Below are positions 39,531-50,611 of a DNA stretch of 64,000 nt, piece after piece. Location of the stretch: NCBI GenBank assembly GCA_051362555.1, contig CM120642.1, positions 14,508,001 to 14,572,000 on the forward strand. The letters run 5' to 3'. Under the pieces are notes generated by a model. The model saw nothing but the letters and a program-made list of their open reading frames with translations. It did not search any database and was not told the DNA's origin. The DNA comes from Lingula anatina. Lineage: Eukaryota; Animalia; Brachiopoda. A program made the position numbers and the translations under genes. Position 1 is the stretch's first letter; each line of letters starts with the position of its first letter.

Positions 39531-42500
39531 TTTCCTACAAATGGCCAAATTTGCTTTCCTACACAGTGACCAATATATAGTATGATACTTTTGTCAGGAA
39601 GGGTCTAAAGCAACATTTGATCAGTGCTTTGCTATCATTAAACCTTACTGTGACACAATGCCCTGATTGTGCTAGTTGTGATGCCTGGCTCAACCAATCA
39701 CAATTAAATATTAATAAAATGGTTGGAAGAAAAATATCTGGAGAGAAATTGCAACCCGACCTTTTTTTCCCTTTTTTCCCCAGTCTTTGTTTTTATTTCA
39801 AAATTACTCTTCTATCTTTATGTTGCTAAATCAGAGATACTTTATCTGTTTTGGCATTAAATCAGGATTACATCATCAAGTTAAACTAAATTTAGATGAT
39901 GGTCAAGACAGGACAGTCAGGTTGTTGTCCAGATTGAAATGTCATGTCCTCAGCAAAAGGAGCAGCTGCTGTAGATGTAGAGCAAGGTGCATGTTTATCC
40001 AGTTTATGACAGTATAAGCCTGTATTTGTTTATCCAAAGATCCAGCATACTTTCTTAACATCTCTATCTATGACTGATTTGAGTCTTTTCAGTCTGATAT
40101 GACAAGGATAAGTTTTTCTCAGCATGTTACGGAAACTGCCCAACATTCATGCTGTCCTCTTAGTGGGTCTATATCCTGTGCTTTTTGCCTCAATACCCTC
40201 CATAAACAGACAAACACACATGCATGCACACACCCACATGCATACAACATATATTTGTACAATGTGTCAACCAATCATCGAAGAATTTACAAAGAAAAGG
40301 GTTGGTTAGCATCAAGCTCTCTTGATCCAGCTCTATGTATAACATTAAACTTTGTGTGAACAAGTCTTAGGTCTATTGTAATCAAAATGAAATAAACACC
40401 CAAAGGTAGTCGGTCACATATCCATGTTTGCATTGTGGATTACCACTACGTATGAGATGAAATGATCCATAAAAAAGGTTATCTCTTCATCAGGGGTGCC
40501 TCTCTTTTGTCAACAACAAAGAACCTAGAAAATATTCTGACAAAAGAAAATATTTCTAAATGATCTGGGGGGGGGGGGGGGGGGGTACCTTGTCATATAT
40601 TTTATAAAAGAACAGTTACCAGACACAAAAAACTCAAAAGTATGATTATACATACTTCACAGATCATTTAAACTAAAATCTTGTTCTTGAATTATAATAT
40701 ACATACGTATTAAACAAGTTTTGGGGATAAAAATGTTGCTTAAGATTTCAGGGATTTCTCTGTCCCCAGAGCACATCACTATTTATACAATTCTTACTAC
40801 TTTATGAAGCTACTGACAAGGACTACAAAATAGCATTTTGAACTTTTCTTTTGAGGTGCACTTAACATTTTATCAATAAAAATTTCTTCCATCATTTACC
40901 ATCTTCTGGAGGTCATATCTCTGCTGAAGAAATTTAACATAAAGGCATTGTAACATAAATGAAAGACTGCACTTATATACCCTTTTGTAATGCTGCATAT
41001 ATCTGTTAAGGGTCTGTTAAGGTTATCAAATAAGGCTATGGAAGTAAACAAACAAACAAACTGAAACCTATAAAAATAAATTCTAACTTTGGCTGAAATA
41101 AACTTATGTCTTTCAGCAATTTCCTCATCCCTAACAATTCAAAAAGGGGGTCTTATTTATTTAAAAAAATTGTTAGCTATTCAACAAATACTTATTGAAA
41201 CCAGCCCTGGTCAGCTGTTTTCAGTTTTACATTGGTCATAAACAGGGTGCATGTCTAGTACTAACATAAACTCACGTGTTCAAAAATTGCAGCATAGTTC
41301 TAGGTATGATGGCAGGCAGGAGAACAAACATATATCTAGAGCTTATGAACTAAGCTTAATTACTATATTGGTCAAGAATGTATTACCATTGGTAATACAT
41401 TCTTGATTAGATCAATGGCCACTGATCAGAAGCTTGCAAAGAAGTATCCTACCAAGAGGGGGCAACATTTTTTCAATAAAAATATGCTTTAATTAACAAT
41501 GTGGGTCAACCTCTGAGTTTAGCATGTGATACAACTGCCAGCAAACTACATAGCTTTGCAAAACAGCCCTAAGAACACCAGTAGCAGCGTACTATCTTTG
41601 TTAAAATATAACCTTAGCATATTACCATAACATTGAAAAGATTCCTTGGAAAAAATAAGTGCCTACCTTTTTACAAATTTCCAGGTAGTGGCTCTTAGAA
41701 ACAGTTATACAGTTTGGGCCTTGCACGTGAATCTATTACTCATCCCAGATTCACTGGTGGAAATTTCCATGATATAATATAAAAATACGCAACCCCGTAT
41801 GTAAATGATATGGATAATTTTCCTGCTTGATGCTGAAGCATTACTTCTGTGCATGCAGTACGTGATGCACATTAAGCCTTAGAAGGGGGGGAGAGGGAAT
41901 CTGTCGAGATTTCCCCCCTTATTTGCTTAGATAATGCAGAACTAAACATTCTCATATCATGAGATAATGATGTCACATCAAAAATACATAAAGGTAAATT
42001 GGCAAACCCAAGGTGATGAGGTGACAGCTGCATTTATGGGGTAAAAACTGTAATATCAATTTCAAACTGACCTCCCTCACCTGAACAGATAATAAAACTG
42101 TTAGGCCACTTATTCAATCACTAAAATAAGTACAACATTGTGGTACAAGACTATTTTTTTGATATGATTACTTCTGATATTTCATCAGTAATAACGTGAA
42201 ATAATATTTTTGTGTAATGCTTGGAGCATCATTATTAGGGGCTCATATCTCATAAACAACAAAATTCTAAACCAAATGCTGGCACCTTATTGTCGTTCAC
42301 ACTCTAATTGTCAACTGTGCCAAGTTTCATGATTATGTCTCACTTAGTTGCTCAGTTACACCATAAACCAATCACCATCTCACACCAAAGCAGTGAAATT
42401 GACAATTAAAGCTTTGCCACCTCATGTGCAGAAGCAAGTTTGGTGTTGAATAAAGGAGCAAAAAATAAAAGAGTTTGTGCTCTTGAAGTGTTTATTTTTA

Positions 42501-42783
42501 ATGCAATAATATTAAGGTACAATAAGTATTTTAGGTAAACGAAAAATGTGGGGGAGAGGGGGGAGCTACTTTGCAAAATGTAAGCCTTTTTAACTTATAA
42601 AGTTATAAATCTTGAAACTATATGGAATGAGCGAAGTCTTTGAAATTTTTTAAAAAGAAGGAAGATCAGTGCATCTTGTGAAAATACCTAAATCTAATCT
42701 ATATATAGCTATTGAAAAATACTATTCAATCAACCAATCAAATCATTCATTAATCACTGATTTGTCAGAGCCATGGATGCATG

Positions 42784-42798
42784 CACACACACATGCAT

Positions 42799-42832
<34 letters not shown>
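42784..42832. repeat. (CA)n microsatellite
   Basis: Direct reading. Confidence 0.9.
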
Positions 42833-42835
<3 letters not shown>

Positions 42836-44165
42836 TGCACGCAGACAGAGAAGCACACATGCATGCATTCACATGTTCACAATACAATTCTTCTGAACTT
42901 AAGAATAAACCTGAAGCAAGAATGTCATATTTAATAAATGAACACCTTGGCAAGCCCCATAACTTGACCTGCATTTAATCAATTATTGAATGTCTTTTAC
43001 TCTTGGGATTTTTTAATAGATCCCCAGTCTTACTTAGAGACATTCAATATCACCTACATGCGGAAGGATGGAGCATTAATGAAGGAACAGCTACGAAAAC
43101 TATCAACAGGTGCAATAAAAATACTGCAGGGTATGTTTACACTCAGCTAAAAGAGTACCTGCTGTGCAGCTACTTGTGTAATGGGTATCAATTAATGTAT
43201 GGGTTGTGCTGATTGTATGTTTAAAAGCCAAATTACGCTAATTGTTTAAAACCAAATTACAGATCATTACAGATTTTTGTTTGGTGGGTTAGGATGGGAA
43301 GTTATATTAAATTTAATTTTAATTGATAATCATTAATATATCCATTGAGCTTGGTAATACAAACATATCCATTACATAACATGTTGATTAGACAGCCAAC
43401 AGTTTGTACTATTTAGCACTCAATGTAGATATTATTATTATTAGAACTATTTTTATGATCACTGAAATCAGACACTGAAGTCAGTCTACATCACTTATGA
43501 CTGCATATCTTCAATCCATGACTACATGACTGGTAAACTTAACATTTTTCACCTAGTGCATGTAACCATGCTGACAGTAAATAACTGGATTCTGCACTGA
43601 AAGCAAGGTGAAAGCACTTCACTTTTGCACAGGTAAGAGTCAGGTTAACAAAAGTTAAGCATTTTTAACTTTGCAACCCCACTGGAACTGTACCAACTAC
43701 ATGTAATTAGGTTTAAAGGTGCATAGAACTGTGGCTTAAGAGCTCCCTCTGCTTCCCAACTCATATAATCACCAGGTTTTCTGTTTTCTACTCAATGCCA
43801 GGATTTGGTTGCATTCAGCAAGAGTCCCCACAGAGCTGGACCGATAGTTTTATTGGGAATGAGCCCAAGATTACATAGACATACAGGCTGATTACATGCA
43901 CCCAAGTACTAGTAATAAGGTCAAAATGACATAACTGTTATCAAACTGATATATATATATGTCTGAGCAGGAAAATTCCATGCAAAATTCTTCATTCTTT
44001 GTTAAAACAAAACCATTCTTATTTCTTTGATATACTTTTGTATTTTTCTATTTTTTTATTCATTTTTTAAAATATATGCTTTAGCATATCTGTTCTTGAT
44101 CAGTCACTGTGGTATTTTTCCAGCTATTATCTTGTCAGACATGAAGCTGCTTTTGTATTTATCTT

Positions 44166-44171
<6 letters not shown>

Positions 44172-44222
<51 letters not shown>
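44172..44222. repeat. (TA)n microsatellite
   Basis: Direct reading. Confidence 0.9.
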
Positions 44223-44229
<7 letters not shown>

Positions 44230-45715
44230 AAGGCAGTTTTCCACAGTTCATACATGTATGTCCTTTTAACTGCAGTGAAATAGTGAAGTGAAGTTTGTTC
44301 CCAACTTAACATTTAATGATAAACAAGGCCACAAACTGGACCAAGACTTGATAACAAAATTTATAAATAGATCTGGTACACCAATTTATAGGGCAATTTT
44401 ATTTAAGATTGTTAATACTGTGGGATATCTGAAACCTTCACGCCAAATTCTTTGAAATACTTATTATGACATGAAAATGGCTTATATAATTACATCCAAA
44501 TAATTCACTGTTTATTTCAAGAATGCATATGGCTGTTCTTTGTTTATTAAAACAAATCACACACACACACACAAAAAAAAAACAAAACAAAACACACACT
44601 GAAACAGGTATGGGTGATTGTTTTCTGCCACTAAAATGTACTCAACTTACATTGTAAGATTATGATAAACATGTATCTATAATCAGAGGAAAATAGAACT
44701 GCTTTTTGAAAGCATCATTTAAGTTTCTTTCTGGAGGCCTCTGCCTGAAATCTTCTTTTATCAACATCCTTGACACACAGGCACACCCAGACACCTGTTT
44801 AATGTACATGTACTAGTATGTAAAAGCACCTTGTGCTATGGCTATAGACAACTCATGTCCAAGGGACATAGAAAACTTCTTGCCATTCAACTGACTATAT
44901 TCAGTCTGTAGATCTCATTATTGGTCAAGAGTCCAGTTCTTCATGTGCACTGGTAAACGCATACCCTTGTTACATATTACACCACTTTTTTTCCAGTTTG
45001 AGTTTGGAGAAAAATGTACTTGTACCTCTTAATCAACTGAATAGATTGTAATTTAAAAAAAAATATATATATATACTGACAGAAAGAAAAATACCTTTAA
45101 TTATCAAAATTATTTTATTGACAGACACAAATACTTCAAGTTACCAATCTATATCTATCATTTTTCTTCAGTTTTTAAAGTGACAAATAATATAGGGCAA
45201 TGATGAATCTAAAAGACATTGATGTGCAGCAAAATGGCTTTAATGAATACCACGAAAGAGTTCTTTAACATGTATCAATTGGAATACTGTAATTCTGAAA
45301 CATTCCTTCCTGTCGTCATCTAAAAAAACATTTGATTCAAGTGTTTAAGTAAACCAAAAGCTATTGTAAAACTTGTTGAGCAGATACAAAAACTACAAAG
45401 CTTAAAAAACTTAAATAACTGAAGTAACACTGTTTATTGGCCTGATATTTATAAGTCCAAAGGTCCACCATGGCTAAGACTGAAATCAAAGCCACTCTTG
45501 TTTACAGAAATGCTGGTGAAAAAATCCAAGTTCTTCCCAACTAATGGATGGCACCTTCAAACCAATTAGACTCTGAATACACATTAGGACCAATGAACAT
45601 TAAAAATGTCTCTCTCAAATAAGAGTCATTGAACATATCATACCATCAAGATGCACTCAGCTTGGAAAAACAAACAAACAAACACACCAAACGACAAACA
45701 AAAATTGCCACTTAC

Positions 45716-45762
45716 CATGTTGTTTACCGTTGTTAAAACTCTGTTTGGTTATTTTGTTTTCT
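45716..45762 (-). other. Candidate SLC6 exon ending exactly in a start codon (aacATG|gtaagt)
   Basis: Perfect donor GTAAGT directly after ATG (45718-45716). Splicing to 34692 gives in-frame [13 protein letters not shown]. Confidence 0.4.
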
Positions 45763-46034
45763 CTGCAGAACCCTCTTGACCTCACAAACTGACTAACCTA
45801 TTTGGATGATAGCATGGCCTTTAAGTGCCTTTGACAAAGAATGCTGGGTGAATCCAAGTGAGACATGCAGGGGAAGACAGGATGCTTGAAAGCCTTCAGC
45901 CTTCTGAAACAGATGACAGGTTATAAAATCAATGGAACCCAGTGTCACAATAATTGGTGAAGATGACCTGATGATTAAGTGAACAAGGACTATCTTTATA
46001 GTGAGCCAGGTACATGACGTCTGATGAGACCTGT

Positions 46035-46035
<1 letters not shown>

Positions 46036-46066
<31 letters not shown>
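46036..46066. repeat. (GA)n microsatellite
   Basis: Direct reading. Confidence 0.9.
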
Positions 46067-46069
<3 letters not shown>

Positions 46070-48718
46070 GGGTGAGACAGAAGATAGAAATTTTGATTTT
46101 GTGACCTCAGTTATTTCTTCTTACTGTGACTTAAACAGGATTGGTTTTGTTATCTCCTTTCACATTTAGGTCAATCGCCCTAGCCTCCTATGATGCTAGC
46201 AAATATGAGGGTGAATCTGGGGTGAAGCTAAATAAGTAAATAAACAACATGGGAGCAAGGCCAGAGGGACTGTATCATCATAGTTCAAGAGGCTGACTAG
46301 AACTGAATGATATCAATGTCTTTAATAGAATAAAAATAATAATTACAATAATAATAAAGTAATAATAATAATAAAACACTAAGTTTAAAATGTTGCAAAA
46401 ATATGAAACTTGAAACCTGGGACCTACAAACTGTTTGGCACAATTTGGGGTTAAAGAATGAATGTTGCAAATTTGATGCTCTCCATAAAAAAATACTGAA
46501 AATGAGATGGATTATTTCAAAAACTGCTGTAAAAGGGGCTGTAAATTTGAAGACTTAATGTTCCAATGAGAATATTGAAATGAAATGAGTCAAATGACAC
46601 TTGAATACTCATCAAATTTTTTCAAGTATGTTAAAAATATCGATCTCTTCTGAAATGTGTATCACCCAATTACAAAGACAGGAGAAAAGAATAAAATAAG
46701 TTTGTTATTTGATTTCAGTCAAAATAAGGCAATTCTTGCACTTGAAAAGTTATTACAGAGTGCCTTCTGAAACTGACATATAATTATATACCAAAGTGGA
46801 GCAGAAAAAATGTTAGTTAAAATAATAGGAATAAAAGAAAAAAATTACTTTTATTTAATTAAGACTTAAATTTTAATCAAGGTGTAAATATTTCCATGTA
46901 GTACATCACACCACATTCTCTAATCTTTGGTCCTGTCATAACTATATAGCATTTGCCACATTCCTTACTTTATTTGTCTTTCAGACATTTTTTCCCAGAA
47001 ACTTGTCAATAAATATCATTAATAAATTGAAAAAAAAAAGAAAAAACAAACAAATAAATAGAGTAATAACAACAAACATGTATAGAAGTGAATGGAATTC
47101 TACCAGACTAGTTTACAAAAGATAATGTAGTATTTAAAACCTAGAAAATTCTAATAGAAACAACCATGTGGGCAAAACTGAGGCTAAAGCCAATGGAACC
47201 CACATGGGTATTACTATCACTCATGGAATCCATTTGGATTTCTGTATGGAGAGATTGCAAAAGTCATCCAAATGGATTCCTTCACTTGTTATACACATGG
47301 GTATATGACCCTGGTCTGAAAAATTCCAAACCCTCGAAAAAAATCGATATTAACAATCAGGTTCACAATCTATGCACACCCCTATTTGAAAAGTAGTTCA
47401 AGTCAATGGTGCCCTCATGCTCTGATTCAGAATTAGTGATAACCAACCTGATGGAAATTTCCACTGTTTATTTCCAGGGCCCAAAACATTTTTAGTACAG
47501 GGTAATTCAAAACAATATACTACATATATATATTTAGTAAGGCTGAAATGCTAGCAAACCAGCAAATAATTTACACTCCTTGCCAAGTTGGGTCAGTTAT
47601 AGATTAAGGAGCACCTGTCCTTTCCCATTCAGAGCTTCTGCCCCTCTCCTTCCCATTCTTCCAGGATTCCTGGTGGAGGGTTGTTTATAACAATGCGTTA
47701 GCTGTGGATTCTTCAAAGAAATGTAATGTGATCCATGAAATGTAATGCCTTAAACTTTGCCATTGGATGACAGATGGAGGGCATATTGAGTGATAGCATT
47801 CTTTACTTATACATTGTTAACAGCTATTTTGGGATTTTTAACAGCTTGCTTCTTTCTTTTTTGTGAATATGATAAAACCAAGTGCTTAGCATGGTGAGGT
47901 GAAGCGTATGTTTGTGCTTGATTTGGTTTTGGAAGGAAGAATAAAATATGGCTAGAAAGAAATGATATAAATGGCATTGCTGGAAAATGCAAATCATTAG
48001 GCATATAGACATCGCTATAATTATCTCATGATACCACACTAGTAGGTCGATCCAGGACAGGGGGCAGCACACGCACTCCACCAATCAATTCTAATATTTT
48101 CTCTTTCTTATATCTTTTGCAGACATACCAAATGCAGGAGAGTGAATATATATTTTCTACCTTCTTCTCCTCCCCCACATTGTAAAGTTTTGTGTCTGCC
48201 ATTGTGTTAATTGTTTTACTCCTGCTTCCAGGTGTATGCATCTCAACTGTGTGATCTGTTTGGATATCTAATGTAGCAGAGGCAAATATGAACTTTCTGG
48301 GCAGGGTGGATGGTGGAAAGTTTCCATATTTAGAGGTGAAGAGTAACAATTAACATTTCTCAATAACAGTATATAGGCATTCCTTTACAGTGTGCACTGC
48401 ACCTATTTTTAAAAAATATGTTTGTAGTGATAACATCATTCTTAAAATTTGAAATCTATAGGTAGATCGGAAGGGTAAGGGGGTTTTCCCTGTTTCCAGA
48501 GAAAAAAGTACCTGCTAACTCCTTCCTAAAGAGAGAGAACAACACCCCGAAACTCACAAAGCATGTTTAATATACTTCCAAATTGTCCCATATCTTTTCT
48601 TTTCATTATAGAGAAAATTTGCTTTTGTTTCATGGAAATGCCACTTCCTTGATTAAGGGTAATATTTGATACATATGTATTTATTTCTAACATTGCCTCT
48701 GAGCTATTGGCGTTGGTG

Positions 48719-48891
48719 GGGCCGTAGCGATAGTCCGAAGGTTCAATAGTCCGAAGGTTCATTGGTCCGAATGTTCACTATAGAACCTTCGGACCAATGA
48801 ACCCTTGATTAAAAAATCAATGAAAATGTTACCACTTTTCGGACCAATGAACCTTCGGACCAATGAACCTTCGGACTATCGAGACGCCCCC
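48719..48891. mobile_element. 173-bp Mutator-like foldback MITE with 9-bp TSD
   Basis: TSD gcgttggtg at 48710-18 and 48892-900. Inverted arms are built from short tandem subrepeats (tccgaaggttcattgg / ccaatgaaccttcgga). Confidence 0.85.
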
Positions 48892-49678
48892 GCGTTGGTG
48901 GACCTTTTCCCAAAGGAGGAGCACAAGTTGGACAAAAATGTCCAAACTTTTCCACTAAACATTTGTAATTCAAGAGGATCTAATTGCAATATATAGCTAT
49001 CCATTTGCCTATATGGAGGAAAACAACAATCAAATTACATTGAAGTAAAACGTGAATACCAAAAATTACGTCGGCCTTTCTTTGTGTTCATATTGTCTGT
49101 ATGATTTTAAAATATCAAATAGCTACAACCAGCAGAACATTGTTGTTTGTTTCAGATATCATGTTGTTTCACTACAATATCTATAATTACGCCTTACATT
49201 TAGCCCCATTTGGGACGAGGTCGTCTGCTTGCAGCCCATTATGTACTACTTTTCCGTACCTTTTTACACAGAAGAGTAGCAAGCACAATCAGAGCATCCT
49301 ATGCCGACGCAATGGGCAGTTACATCGAGAGCTTTCGTTTTACAACTTTAGCTCTGTTTACGCGGATCTGAATGAGTGTGAGGATGGCTTTCGAAAACGA
49401 ATCTCGTTTGTCCAACCTCTCCTGTACAAAAATGAATTAATAATAATAAAAAAAAAACGTGGAGGAGAAATAACATTCTGCGTCCCCGAATAGGCCTAAT
49501 ATGATTCATAAATAGGCCCTACGTCAATAAGAACCATGTGAAAAAAAAGTGCAATTATATTGGTACCCACCTAACCTTTATGAGCAAATTTCTATATCTG
49601 TAGAGAACGTAATATATTTTAAAGGATTAATTTTTTATTACAAATATATGTATATAAATAGACCCCTATATATTCTTC

Positions 49679-49810
49679 GGGGGGGAATCGTCCGGGGCGG
49701 GGGGAATTGTCCTGGGGGGAATTGTCCGGGGTGGGGGGGATTGCTCGGGGGGAATAGACCGGGGGGGGATTGTCCGGGGGGGGGGGGGGGGGGGGAGTTG
49801 TCCTGATACC
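49679..49810. repeat. G-rich gggggaattgtcc minisatellite, probably one arm of a foldback DNA transposon
   Basis: About 7 degenerate gggggaattgtcc units ending gttgtcctgatacc. No partner arm seen. Confidence 0.65.
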
Positions 49811-50060
49811 ATGAATGACCAGTCACCTTGACTGCCATTTTTCCTGTAGCTTAAATGTCAGAAGAAAACATGAGATTCTTTTATTTGAGGGTTTTATGGA
49901 CTGAACTGGACTGAATTGGGAAAGAAAGTCCCATGTAGTTTTGCAGGATATGTAGAGATAAAGATATGGTTTGAAAAAGTTTTAAAACGGAAATAGTGCA
50001 GTATTCATATGCCTTTGGCTGTAAGTTTGAGATCAATAGAGTTTTCTATTTGCGGCATGT

Positions 50061-50205
50061 CTTATGATCACGGTCTGTGCACTGAATATCCCGCCGCGTA
50101 ATTACTGGCAGCGCGAGCCAGTTACTATAAGCTACTATAAGTAACTGGCTCGCGCTGCCAGTAATTACGCAGCGGGATATTCAGTGCACAGACCGTGATC
50201 ATAAG
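50061..50205. repeat. Near-perfect palindrome, ~66-bp arms
   Basis: cttatgatcacggtctgtgcactgaatatcccgc...gccagttact / agtaactggc...gaccgtgatcataag. One mismatch, ~13-nt spacer. Confidence 0.92.
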
Positions 50206-50611
50206 CTAGCGCGAATAGAAAATAGAATTTAGAAAATAGACATTGCATGTGAACGAAGCCTAAGCTGTAACTCTATTTATTTTTAACAAAATGTTTTTCT
50301 GGCTCTCTTTCTTTTCTTTTTTAAAGTTAATTGAGCAGAATTGAAATAAAAAACAGAATACTCTTCTTAATGCGTAATCCTTCCCAAATTTAAATGTACT
50401 TTTCAATGTGTTATCATCATCATCATTATAATTCAATGTTTTTCTATATTTTTCTTTTATCTTTTAAGCAGATGAAAAACACAATTTTCGGCAAAACGTC
50501 AACGTTGTGAGCAACAAACAAGACAAAATTTTCTCTTAAGAAATTTTATTCATCACCTGGGCTACAAAATGCTATAGGCCTTTACAAGCCAATACAGAAT
50601 AGAGCATACGA

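Noticed and set aside
49549-49838. ORFs encoding GGNCP / PPGQF repeats
   Set aside because: Translation artefacts of the G-rich minisatellite; no splice or domain support.
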